Assembly: GCA_963764805.1 (NCBI GenBank) | Contig: CAVXUB010000006.1 | Coordinates: 288,598 to 352,597, forward strand | Length of the DNA stretch: 64,000 bases | Direction: 5' to 3' | From: an uncultured Actinomycetota bacterium | GTDB taxonomy: Bacteria > Actinomycetota > Acidimicrobiia > Acidimicrobiales > Bog-793 | Part shown: positions 34,660 to 44,127 of the stretch, one piece after another | Layout of the letters: every line of letters begins with the position of its first letter | How positions within the stretch are numbered: position 1 is the stretch's first letter | Program-made: the position numbers and the translations under genes | Notes under the pieces: model-generated | The model's database searches: none | Seen by the model: the letters and a program-made list of their open reading frames with translations, nothing else | Told to the model about the DNA's origin: nothing

Positions 34660-35577
34660 GTGGACGACGGGATTCGGCGGCAGATCCAGGCGCAGGCGAG
34701 CCGGCAGCGGGGGCTGATCACGCGCCAGCAGGCGCTGGCCGCGGGTGCCCAGGCACGGACGATCGAGCGCTGGCTGCGAGCGGGAGCCTGGCCGCCGATC
34801 CATCCGGGTGTGTACATCGTCGGGGGCGCGCCGCGGTCGTGGGAGCAGAAGGCTCTGGCGGCCACCCTCTCGTTCAGCACGACCGCCGTCCTCTCTCACC
34901 ACTCGGCGGCTCGGATCTGGGCGATGGATGTAAGAGCGGTGGCGTGGATCGACGTGACCGTGGAGCGGCTCCATCGCAGCGGTCGGACCATCTCCGGGGT
35001 GCGCATCCACCGGCCCCGGTGCCTGGCTAAGAGCCAGCACGCCGTCCTTGCAGACATGCCTGTCACCTCGCCGGCCAGAACCTTGTGGGACCTGGCGGCT
35101 GTGTTGGCACCTGCCGAGCTGCTGAGCGTCGTGGACGATGCGTTCGCCCGCGGACTCGTGACGGTGCCGGCGATGAAGCGGATGCTCGACGTCCCTGCCG
35201 GCGGCGTCCCTGGCGTGGCGGGGCTCAGGCGCGCATGCCGGCCCTGGCTCAGCGGGCCGGCCGTCGACAGCGTGGCAGAGATGCGGTTGCTGCGGTTGTT
35301 GCGGCAGAGCGGGCTGCCCGCGCCCGACACGAGAAGACCGGTGCACGAGGGTGGGAGGACGTTCGCTCGCCTCGACCTGTGCTGGCCGGAGAGGCGGCTG
35401 GTGGTCGAGGTGGACGGGTACCGCTTCCACTGCAGCCGTCAGCAGTTCGAGCGGGACAGGGAGCGGGATCTCAAGCTGACGCTGCAGGGCTGGCACGTGA
35501 TCAGGTGTTCGGCCGCCTCTTTGGCGATGGACCCGGAGCTGGTGCTGGCACCGCTCCGCAGGTTGCTGGCAGCGTGA
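34660..35577 (+). CDS. AbiEi-like wHTH antitoxin domain fused to a DUF559/Vsr-like endonuclease
   Basis: QRGLITRQQA...HPGVY, LSHHSAA and PVTSPARTLWDL, then S.AE...RLDLCWPERRLVVEVDG..FH...DRERD...GWHVIR. Confidence 0.85.
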   Translation: MDDGIRRQIQAQASRQRGLITRQQALAAGAQARTIERWLRAGAWPPIHPGVYIVGGAPRSWEQKALAATLSFSTTAVLSHHSAARIWAMDVRAVAWIDVTVERLHRSGRTISGVRIHRPRCLAKSQHAVLADMPVTSPARTLWDLAAVLAPAELLSVVDDAFARGLVTVPAMKRMLDVPAGGVPGVAGLRRACRPWLSGPAVDSVAEMRLLRLLRQSGLPAPDTRRPVHEGGRTFARLDLCWPERRLVVEVDGYRFHCSRQQFERDRERDLKLTLQGWHVIRCSAASLAMDPELVLAPLRRLLAA

Positions 35578-35679
35578 CCCCGGCGCGGGGGAGGTTGCTG
35601 GCGGCGTGAGGCCGGCCGCCCCGGGGTATTGCGGGGACATGACGGGCTGCACGGTGGATGTCGCCGTATATTCACGTTC

Positions 35680-36526
35680 GTGACGATCGCCGGTGAGCGT
35701 CGTGCGGCAGGGGTGCGGGCTCCGGCGGCGGCGCGTGCGGCAGGGGTGGGGGCTCCGCCTGTGAGCCTGCTCGCCCTCGAGCTGCCGAGAGCGGTGGGCG
35801 AGCTGGTGTATTTCGGTGCGACGAGCCGCCTGTTCCGTTTCGCGCCTCATGGGGACGGCCATCCGGTGCTCGTGCTGCCGGGCTTCACGGCCTCGGACGG
35901 CTCGACGACGGCGCTGCGAAGCACCCTTCGCCGGCTGGGCTACGAGGTCCACGGTTGGGGGCTCGGCCGCAATCTCAGGTCCGACGAGCTTCGTCCTCGA
36001 CGGTCTTCCGCAGCGCCTTCAGGAGCTGCACCAGCGGTCCGGTCGCCGCGTGAGCCTCGTCGGATGGAGCCTGGGCGGCATCTACGCCCGGGAGCTGGCG
36101 CGCTGGATGCCGTGGGCGGTGAGGCAGGTCGTGACGCTCGGGAGCCCGTTTCGGATGCGGGCGGTGGACAGGTCGAACGTGCAGCAGCTGTGGAGCACGC
36201 TGCGGGTCCTCAACCGCCGTGGCGACGATCCCTTCCCGGAGCCCGAGCAGGCTCGCGAGCCCCTGCCCGTCCCCTCGACTGCGATCTACTCACGCACCGA
36301 CGGCATCGTGCGCTGGCACACCTGCATCGACACGATGGGCCCGCTGCACGAGAACGTCCAGGTCTACGGGAGCCATTGCGGCCTCGGGCACAACTCGAGC
36401 GTTCTGCTGGTGGTCGCCGATCGTCTGGCCCAGCCGGAGGGGGAGTGGAAGCCGTTCAAGCCGCCGGCCGTGCTCCGCTCCTTCTACCCCGCCGCCGAGT
36501 CCTGGAGGATGCGCTCGGCGCGCTGA
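35680..36526 (+). CDS. Alpha/beta hydrolase, PGAP1/lipase-like (indel near 35978)
   Basis: GDGHPVLVLPGF, GWSLGG nucleophile elbow, DGIV.W and SHCGLG; TATATT 7 nt upstream of the GTG. Confidence 0.8.
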
Positions 36527-36562
36527 CCGGTCCTGACCGGTCCTGACCGGGACTGACCGATC
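36523..36562 (+). repeat. Four tandem 10-bp repeats starting at a stop codon
   Basis: CTGACCGGTC CTGACCGGTC CTGACCGGGA CTGACCGATC, between convergent hydrolase genes. Confidence 0.88.
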
Positions 36563-36571
36563 CGATCCCGA

Positions 36572-37468
36572 TCAAGCCTGCCGCAGCCACGCGCCGATCT
36601 TGGCGACCGCCTCGTTGGCCTCCGGCATGTTGCCGACCGGCATCTGGAAGACGTGGAACATCCCCTCCCACACCTCGATCGTGCAGTCGACGCCGACCAG
36701 CTCCGCGTTGTCGGCAATGCGGGTCGAGTCCGACAGGAGGACCTCGTCGCTCCCGACCTGGATCAGCATCCGAGGCAGGCCTGAGAGATCTGCATAGAGC
36801 GGCGAGATCAGCGGGTGCTTGACGTCGTAGTCGGGGCCCGTGTAATCACTGATCCCCTCGGCCTCATCGGCCTCGATCAACGGGTCGAGGTCGGCGTTGG
36901 TGATCAGCGTCTCGCCCGTGAGCGCGAGATCGGTCCAAGGCGAGAGGAGCACGAGCGCCCCTGGCATCACCTCCCCGGCGTCTCGCAGCGAGAGCGCAGT
37001 CGCCAGCGCCAGACCGCCGCCAGCCGAATCACCGCCGATAGCGATGTCAGCGGCACGATGGCCCGAGGCGAGCAGCCACTGGTAGGAGGCGACGGCGTCC
37101 TCCAAGCCGGCCGGGAAGGGGTGCTCGGGCGCCAAGCGGTAGTCGACGATCAAGGCCCTGCGCGCGGCGGCTGCAGCGATGTGCGCCACGAGCTTGCGGT
37201 GGGTGGTCAGCGAGCCGAGGGTATAGCCGCCGCCGTGCAGGTAGAGGATAACGGCAGGGGCGTCGTCGAGCCCGGGGGGCACGACCCATTCGGCGGCGCG
37301 GCCGGCCACTGTGAGCGGGTTGTAGGTGGCGCCCTCCAGCTCGGCCGTCAGCAACGGCCAGATCGAGTCGGCGCTCGCTCGAGCCTCGGCGATCGTCGGC
37401 TTCGTCTCGGGCTTGGGCAGCGCGCGAAGCAATTGCTTGATCTGTTCAGCCTGCGGGCTGTTACTCAC
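36572..37468 (-). CDS. HSL-family esterase (alpha/beta hydrolase_3)
   Basis: HGGGY, YRLAPEHPFPA, GDSAGG, E..LSD and HVF. Confidence 0.92.
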   Translation of the reverse strand: MSNSPQAEQIKQLLRALPKPETKPTIAEARASADSIWPLLTAELEGATYNPLTVAGRAAEWVVPPGLDDAPAVILYLHGGGYTLGSLTTHRKLVAHIAAAAARRALIVDYRLAPEHPFPAGLEDAVASYQWLLASGHRAADIAIGGDSAGGGLALATALSLRDAGEVMPGALVLLSPWTDLALTGETLITNADLDPLIEADEAEGISDYTGPDYDVKHPLISPLYADLSGLPRMLIQVGSDEVLLSDSTRIADNAELVGVDCTIEVWEGMFHVFQMPVGNMPEANEAVAKIGAWLRQA

Positions 37469-38819
37469 GGCTCCCCCTCTCCGGCGGGCTCTCCCGAGGG
37501 CTCCCCAAAAGGCTCTTCAAAGGGCTCCCCTACGGGCTCTCCCGAGATCGTTTCACCGGCAGCGCCCGGCGGACCAATCGCCTCGGCGTGGTAGTCGGTG
37601 AACCTCGGCATCAGAGCGGCGATCCCGACCAGCCCGGCGAGGCAGAGGACCCCGCCCGAGACGGCAGAGAAGCGGACGCCGGCGACCGCAGCCACGGCGC
37701 CGGCCTCGGTGTCGCCGAGGCGCGGACCGCCCGAGACGACGGCGATGTGGATCGAGGAGAGCCGGCCCCGGAGGGAGTCGGGGACGATGGACTGGAGGAT
37801 GGTGTTTCGAAACACTGCCGAGATGACGTCAGCCGCTCCCGCCACCCCCAGCATCACGAGCGACACGACGAGCCAGTGCGAGAGCCCGAAGGCGACGATC
37901 GCCACCCCCCACACCGCGACGGCGATGATCACCGCCCGGCCCTGGCGGCGGATGCTCGAGACCCAGCCGGTGAGCAAGGCCCCGAGGAAGGCGCCGGCAC
38001 CCGGCGCGGCGTAGAGCAATCCGACAGTCGTCGCACCGCCCCGGAACCAGTCGAGGCCGATGGCCGGGAAGAGCGCTCGCGGCATGCCGAAGATCATGGC
38101 GTCGAGGTCGACGACGAAGGTCCCTTGCAGCGCCTGACGGCCCTTCAGGAAGCGGAAGCCTTCGGCGATCGAGCCGACGCCGAAACGCGTCCGTTCCTCC
38201 ATGGCGGGCAGCGCCTGCAGCATGATCACGCTGGCGAGCGCCACGCCGAAGCTGCCGGTGTCCGCCCAGTAGACGGCGCTGATCCCGACGTGCCCGATTA
38301 GAAGGCCGGCGATGGCCGGTCCGACGATCTGCCCCGTCTGGAACAGCAACTGCCACAAGGCGTTGGCGGACGCGTAGGACTGGCGCCCGACGATCGAAGC
38401 CATGGCGGCGGAGCGGGCCGAGGAGTCGACTCCGGAGAAGGCTGCGGCGAAGGCGGTCAGCGCGAAGAGCGGCCACAGCAGCGGCCGGTGCATGGTGGCG
38501 TTGAGCGCCAGGCCGGCGCTGCAGAGGCCGAGCACGGTCTCGGTCACGAGAGCAGCCGCCGCCGCTCGGTGGCGTCGGCGATCGAGCCCCCGATGATCGA
38601 GCCGATCAGCAGTGGTCCGAGCTGGGCGAGGCTGAGCAGCCCGACGTCGAGCGACGAGTGGGTGATCCTGAACACCTGGAAGGGGACGGCGACGATGGTG
38701 AGCTGGGAGCCGATGGTGCTCACCAGGTAGCCGCTCCACAAGAGGCGAAACTGCGGGTACTGCCGCAAGGGCGTGATATCCGCCAGCAGGCGCCTGCGTT
38801 GCGGGGCGGCCCCGCTCAC
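37465..38819 (-). CDS. MFS transporter, EntS-like (indel near 38555)
   Basis: DITPLR..PQFRLLW, GGSIADATERRRLL, AMIFGMPRALFP, LRGRLSS and GGPRLGD. Confidence 0.85.
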
Positions 38820-39283
38820 CGGGCGTGCCGGCGCTTGTGCTCGTAAGCCTTGGCAGCCCCCCAGACGATGGAGGCCTCCCCGACGTCGTCGCCGAGGTCG
38901 GCAAGTTTCGACGGCGTCAGCCCATAGAGATCGTCCGGGAAGCGGCTCTCGTCGAAGGAGTCACGGTGCCCGGGCGCGATCTTGGCCGCCGCCAGCACGG
39001 CGGTGCCGTAGGGGACGGCGGTGCGCACGATCTCGAGCGGTGTCGTCCGCTGGTCGTCGATGTCCATCGCAAGGAGGGCCCGCAGTCGCGGCATCACGTC
39101 CGCAGTGGCAGCCTCTCCAGCCGCTGCGGCCTGACGACGCAGCTCCGCCGAGAGGACTCCGCCCGCCGCCGCCCGCCGCTCGACCACCGCCGCCAACCAT
39201 GTGCCGAGCGACTCCTGCACCGCCTCGGCCAGCGCCTCGCCTGCCTGAGGGAAGGTGGCCGCCTCGGCGTCGTCGTCGCTCAC
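38816..39283 (-). CDS. Hypothetical protein
   Basis: Clean ORF coupled to the MFS gene (GTGA overlap); DIDDQRTTPL and FPDDLYGL..WGAAKA; TAGTTT 7 nt upstream of the start. Confidence 0.7.
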   Translation of the reverse strand: MSDDDAEAATFPQAGEALAEAVQESLGTWLAAVVERRAAAGGVLSAELRRQAAAAGEAATADVMPRLRALLAMDIDDQRTTPLEIVRTAVPYGTAVLAAAKIAPGHRDSFDESRFPDDLYGLTPSKLADLGDDVGEASIVWGAAKAYEHKRRHAR

Positions 39284-39342
39284 CCGGCGCAAACTAGCGG
39301 TGGTGGCTCGGCGGACCGTCCGGATGGGAGACTGGGAGACCG

Positions 39343-40220
39343 ATGTCGCGGATCACCGACCTCCTTTCGGCCGGGCAGAGCTTCTCCATCGAGCTCTGGC
39401 CACCGCGCAACGAGGCAGCAGAGGCGCGCCTGGAGCAGGCGCTGGCGGCGTTCTCCGCATTGCGGCCGGCCTTCGTCTCGATCACCTACGGGGCCGGCGG
39501 CTCGACCCGGGAGCGGACGCACGCCCTCGTCGCCAAGATCCTCGACGAGCTGCGGACGCCGGCGATGGCACATCTCACCTGTGCGGCCCACACACGTGAC
39601 GAGCTGACGTCGATCCTGCGCCTCTACCACGAGGCCGGCGTGCGGAACGTCCTCGCCCTGCGCGGCGATCCTCCGCTCGGGGCGGAGGGGCCGATGCCGG
39701 CGGGGGAACTGGAAGCACGCGATCGAGCTGGTCGAGCTGGCACGAGAGGTCGGCAACGGAGACTTCTGCGTGGCGGTCGCCGCTCATCCCGAAAAGCACC
39801 CCGACGCTCCCGACCTCGAGACCGACCGGCGCCACCTGCTCGCCAAGCTCCGGCATGCAGACCTCGCCATCACCCAGTTCTTCTTCCGGATCGAGGACTA
39901 CCTGTCGCTCGTCGACTGGCTCGGCCGCCATGGGATGGACAAGCCGGTGTTGCCGGGCATCATGCCGATCACCAACGCCCGTACGGTCACCCGGATGGCG
40001 CAGCTGTCGGGTGCCGCCGTCCCGGTGGCGATCGCGGAACGGATCGAGGCCGTGGCGGACAGGCCCTCAGAGGTGCACAGGATCGGCGTCGACATCGCCA
40101 CCGAGATGTGCGAGAAGCTCCTCGCCGAGGGGGTTCCCGGGCTTCACCTCTACACGATGAACCAGTCGTCGGCGACGCTCGAGATCTGCGCCGCACCTCG
40201 GTTTCGCCGGGCACGCCTAG
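39343..40220 (+). CDS. metF: 5,10-methylenetetrahydrofolate reductase (indels near 39715 and 40197)
   Basis: SIELWPPR, SITYGAGGST, AHLTC and LALRGDPP, then AHPEKHP, ITQFFF, PGIMPI and HLYTMN; probable stop TAG 40218-40220. Confidence 0.92.
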
Positions 40221-40240
40221 TCAGCTCAAAGGAGGGCGTC

Positions 40241-40552
40241 ATGGCGATCTTCGCCGTCACCACCGCCAAGGGGCCCAACTGGCAGCACGACCGTGGGATG
40301 CGTGAGCAGCAGAGCTGGGACGAGCACGCAGCACTTTTTGACGACCTAGTCGAACGGGGCGTCGTCCTCTTCGGCGGCCCGATTGGCGGCAGCGACGAGG
40401 ACGTCGCCCTGCTGGCAGTCGAGGGCGCCGACGAACCAGAGATCCGGTCCATCTTCCGTGCCGACCCGTGGGCTGCGAGCGCCGTCCTGCGTGTCAAGGA
40501 GGTGCGGCCGTGGACCATCTGGCTCGGCCGGCCACAAATGCACCACGACTGA
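40241..40552 (+). CDS. YciI-family protein
   Basis: Own AAAGGAGG RBS and ATG; H..F, GGP, DPW and RPW pattern. Confidence 0.75.
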   Translation: MAIFAVTTAKGPNWQHDRGMREQQSWDEHAALFDDLVERGVVLFGGPIGGSDEDVALLAVEGADEPEIRSIFRADPWAASAVLRVKEVRPWTIWLGRPQMHHD

Positions 40553-40579
40553 GGGAGTCAGCGCCTTCGGAAGCGATGC

Positions 40580-41275
40580 TCAGTCGGGCGGTTCCTCGTC
40601 ACGAACGTGCGGGGTGTGGCGCTCGTAGAGCTCGCGGCTGACGCGCACGAAGTCCCGGATCACGTCGATCTGCTCGGGCGAGAAATGCTTGAGCGCCTTG
40701 CGGGTGCTGTCCACCAGGGGGGCGTGCAGGCTCCAGGCGAGCCGGTCGGCTTCCTCCTCGAGTTCGATGAAGACCCTGCGCCGGTCCTGCGAGTCCCGGT
40801 GCCGGGTGATCAGACCCCGCCTCTCCAGCCGATCGAGGACGAAGGTGACCGCCCCGGTCGTGAGGCCGGAATGCTCCGCCAGAGCGGACGGCGTGATCGG
40901 TCGTTCGCGCTCGATGATGTCGAGGCAACGCAGGTCCGTGCGGTTGATGCCCAGCCTGTCTGCAACGGCCTCGTCGAAGGCATCGGCGGCGGCAAGGTAG
41001 GAGCGCAGCTCGCCCGACAGGAGAGCGGGACCGCGCGTCTCGCCCCGTCCCGGACCTGTAGCGCGGTCCTCAGCTGCCTGGCGCCTCGCTCGCTTCTGAG
41101 TGGCAGGGTGGAGCGGATCTGCCGGCGCGTCGTCGGGCGGCCCTTCGGCGACAGCATCGGAGACGACGTCGAGCACCACGCCGATACCCCGGCGGAGGGC
41201 GGAGTCCTTGCGCGCTCTGGGCTTTGCCGCCGCTTTGGCAGCGCTGGACGACGCATCCGAATTTCCGTTTGACAC
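40580..41275 (-). CDS. MarR-family regulator with an N-terminal extension
   Basis: GINRTDLRCLD, TPSALA..SGLTTGAVT.VLDRLERRGLI and DRRRV. Confidence 0.9.
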   Translation of the reverse strand: MSNGNSDASSSAAKAAAKPRARKDSALRRGIGVVLDVVSDAVAEGPPDDAPADPLHPATQKRARRQAAEDRATGPGRGETRGPALLSGELRSYLAAADAFDEAVADRLGINRTDLRCLDIIERERPITPSALAEHSGLTTGAVTFVLDRLERRGLITRHRDSQDRRRVFIELEEEADRLAWSLHAPLVDSTRKALKHFSPEQIDVIRDFVRVSRELYERHTPHVRDEEPPD

Positions 41276-41280
41276 GTGAG

Positions 41281-41299
41281 TATCTTAGTTCTTAAGATA
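41281..41299. promoter_or_regulatory. Palindromic operator containing back-to-back -10 boxes (probable MarR site)
   Basis: TATCTTA-GTTCT-TAAGATA between the divergent marR and ABC genes; TAAGAT on the minus strand is 6 nt from the marR GTG. Confidence 0.7.
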
Positions 41300-41354
41300 C
41301 CCAACTGTCTAGAAGTTTCGCAAAGGATAACGGGCGCCGAGATGGGGACCACAG

Positions 41355-42500
41355 GTGAAACCTCACAGCTCAACTGACTATCCGATCGGTGGTGCGGTGC
41401 TGCCACCAGGCGCCCGGCCGGCGGGATGGCCGCAGGACGGAACAGCGCCAGCCACCGCGCCGGCGGCCGACCGAGCCGACCAGCCTCCGGCGATCGAGGC
41501 CGTCGATCTCGTCAAGACGTTCAAGGGTGGCGTGCGAGCCCTCGACGGCGTCAGCTTCTCGGTGGCCCCGGGGACAGTGTTCGGCCTCCTCGGCCCCAAT
41601 GGCGCCGGCAAGACGACCGCCGTGCGCGTGCTGACGACGATCCTCCACCCTGACAGCGGGCGTGCGACGGTCCTCGGACGCGACGTGGTGGCGGAGCCGA
41701 GGATCGTCCGCTCGTTGATCGGGTTGGCGGGCCAGTTCGCCGCCGTCGACGAGAACCTGACCGGCCGGGAGAACATCTCGATGATCGGCCGGCTCAACCA
41801 CCTCGACTCCGCAACGGTCGCCAAGCGTGCCATCGACCTGCTAGCCCGTTTCCAGCTGTCAGATGCCGCCGACCGGCCGCTGAAGACGTACTCGGGCGGC
41901 ATGCGCCGCCGGCTCGACCTGGCCGCCGCGCTCGTCGCCAGGCCACCAGTGCTGTTCCTCGACGAGCCGACTACGGGTCTCGACCCGCAGAGCCGCATCG
42001 ACCTCTGGGGCGTGATCGAGGGTCTGGTGGAGGGCGGCGTGACCGTCCTGCTGACCACCCAGTACCTGGAGGAGGCGGATCGGCTGGCGAGCCGGATCGC
42101 CGTCGTCGACCACGGCCGGGTGATCGCCGAGGGGACCTCCGCCGAGCTGAAGGCGTCGCTCGGGAGGACGGTGCTGGAGCTCGACTTCGCCGACGTCGAG
42201 TCCGCCGGCCGGGGCGCGCAGCTGGTCGGCTCGCTCGGGACCAGCTCGCCGACGATGAGCGGCCACACCGTCGACCTCCCGGTCGACGAGGGACCGCGAA
42301 CGGCCATCGAGGTGTTGCGGGTGCTCGATCAGGCAGGGCTTGCCGTCGCCGGGATGACGCTGCGCGAGCCGAGCCTCGACGACGTGTTCCTCTCGTTGAC
42401 GGGCCACAAGGCAGAGGACGAGGCGGCTGCCGATGATCCGGAAGCACCCGGCGGCCGCAGGACGAAACCCAAAAAACGCACGAAGGGAGCCAAGCGATGA
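41355..42500 (+). CDS. ABC exporter ATP-binding subunit, DrrA-like
   Basis: GPNGAGKT, YSGGMRRRLD, LFLDEPTTGLDP, LTTQYLEEAD and SLDDVFLSLTG. Confidence 0.93.
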   Translation: MKPHSSTDYPIGGAVLPPGARPAGWPQDGTAPATAPAADRADQPPAIEAVDLVKTFKGGVRALDGVSFSVAPGTVFGLLGPNGAGKTTAVRVLTTILHPDSGRATVLGRDVVAEPRIVRSLIGLAGQFAAVDENLTGRENISMIGRLNHLDSATVAKRAIDLLARFQLSDAADRPLKTYSGGMRRRLDLAAALVARPPVLFLDEPTTGLDPQSRIDLWGVIEGLVEGGVTVLLTTQYLEEADRLASRIAVVDHGRVIAEGTSAELKASLGRTVLELDFADVESAGRGAQLVGSLGTSSPTMSGHTVDLPVDEGPRTAIEVLRVLDQAGLAVAGMTLREPSLDDVFLSLTGHKAEDEAAADDPEAPGGRRTKPKKRTKGAKR

Positions 42501-43334
42501 CCGCCGTCGCGATGCCATACGCGGGCAATCGTGGCCCGCTCGATGCGGAGGTGGCCGATCGCGCCGCCGGCGGGCCGAAGTGGGTCATCGCCGACGCGCT
42601 GACGCTGACCAAGCGGAACCTGATCGCTTACACCCGCATCCCGGAGGCGGCGTTCTTCTCGTCGGTGCAGCCGATCATGTTCGTGTTGTTGTTTCGGTAT
42701 GTGTTCGGCGGCGCGATCCACATCCCCGGAACCTCCTACGTCGACTTCCTGCTGCCCGGGATCTTCGTGCAGACCGTGGCGTTCGGCTCGATCGGCACTG
42801 CGATCGGCTTGGCGGAGGACCTGCAGAAGGGGTTGATCGAGCGCTTCCGGGCGTTGCCGATGTCCCGATCGGCGGTGCTGGCGGGCCGGACGCTTGCCGA
42901 CTTCGTGCGGAACATCGCCGTGATGATCCTGATGCTTGCCGTCGGCTACCTGGTGGGGTTCCGGCTGCACGGGCCGGCGCTGCACATCGCCGCCGGCATC
43001 GGGCTGGTGCTGCTCTTCTCCTACGCCCTGTCGTGGGGGTTCGCCTACGTCGGTCTGGCGGCGCGCAACAGCGAGACCGCGCAGCTCATGGCGTTCCCGG
43101 TGCTCTTCCCTCTCACGTTCGCCTCGTCGGCCTTCGTCGTCGACCTCGACGATGCCCGGCTGGCTGCAGGCGTGGGCGGCGCACCAACCGGTGTCCCAGG
43201 TCTGCAACGCCGTGCGCGGGCTGCTGATCGACCGGCCGATCGGGAGCTCCGGCTGGCAGTCGCTCGCCTGGGGCGTCGGGTCGCTGGTCGTGCTGTCGAC
43301 CCTGGCGGTCCGCAAGTACCGGAAGACCGCCTGA
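42497..43334 (+). CDS. ABC-2 permease, DrrB-like (indel near 43145)
   Basis: QPIMFVLLFRYVFGGAI, ERFRALPMSR and FASSAFV, then MPGWLQAWA.HQPVS in the next frame. Confidence 0.9.
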
Positions 43335-43346
43335 GCTCTCCGAGCT

Positions 43347-44114
43347 TCAGTAGCCGGTGGCGGCCTGAACCAGTGCGTAGAACAAAGAGCGGTCGGTGCC
43401 GACTTCGGGATGCCACTGGACGCCGATGAGGAACGGAAGGTCCGGGTCCTCCAGGGCCTCGATCGTTCCGTCTGCCGCCCAGGCGACGGGGACCAGACCC
43501 TCGCCCACGAGGTCGACCGCTTGGTGGTGGTGGCACATCGCTTCGGCGCTCTCGCCTCCCAGGGCATCAGCGAGGCGGCTGGCGGCGGCGACACGCACGT
43601 GCCGGGGCTCGTACTCCCCCTTGGCGCCGTGATGCTCACGGGCCATGTCGTCGGCGAGGTGCTGGATCAGGGTGCCGCCGCGGCTGACGTTGAGGGTCTG
43701 CAGGCCGCGGCAGATCGCCAGCACCGGCAGCTCCAGCGTCGTCGCCTCCTCCAGCACCTCGATCTCGAAGCTGTCCCTCGCCGGGCGGGGTCGACCCGTC
43801 TCGGGGTGTGGCTCGGCGCGGTAGCGGGCGGGGTCGACGTCAGGACCGCCGCTAAGCACGATCCCGTCGAGGCGTGCGACGAGCTCCGGCGCCGCCAGCG
43901 CCTGCACGGGCAGCACGACCGGCACGCCTCCCGCGTCGGCGACCGCCCGCACGTAGGTCGCAGGGACGATCGAAGCCAGCTCCGAGTCCCACACTCCCCA
44001 GGTGGCGTTCTCCTCGTAGGCGGTGATGCCGATCACCGGCCGGTCCTCGGGAGGTGACGACTGCCTGGGGCCGACGCTGAAATGAACGGGTACCGGCTCC
44101 ACGACGCCGCCCAC
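43347..44114 (-). CDS. Gamma-glutamyl-gamma-aminobutyrate hydrolase family (peptidase C26, PuuD-like)
   Basis: PVIGIT, GGPDVDP..Y, ICRGLQ (Cys nucleophile), HHQAV and VQWHPE. Confidence 0.92.
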   Translation of the reverse strand: MGGVVEPVPVHFSVGPRQSSPPEDRPVIGITAYEENATWGVWDSELASIVPATYVRAVADAGGVPVVLPVQALAAPELVARLDGIVLSGGPDVDPARYRAEPHPETGRPRPARDSFEIEVLEEATTLELPVLAICRGLQTLNVSRGGTLIQHLADDMAREHHGAKGEYEPRHVRVAAASRLADALGGESAEAMCHHHQAVDLVGEGLVPVAWAADGTIEALEDPDLPFLIGVQWHPEVGTDRSLFYALVQAATGY

Positions 44115-44127
44115 GCTAACGGTCGAC

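Noticed and set aside
34660-35577. Complete type IV AbiE toxin-antitoxin or defence operon
   Set aside because: No AbiEii nucleotidyltransferase neighbours the gene; the flanks are folD and a lipase-like hydrolase.
39770-40552. Apparent MetF C-terminus-YciI fusion
   Set aside because: Removing one base near 40197 gives ...LGFAGHA-TAG (40220), and yciI has its own RBS and ATG.
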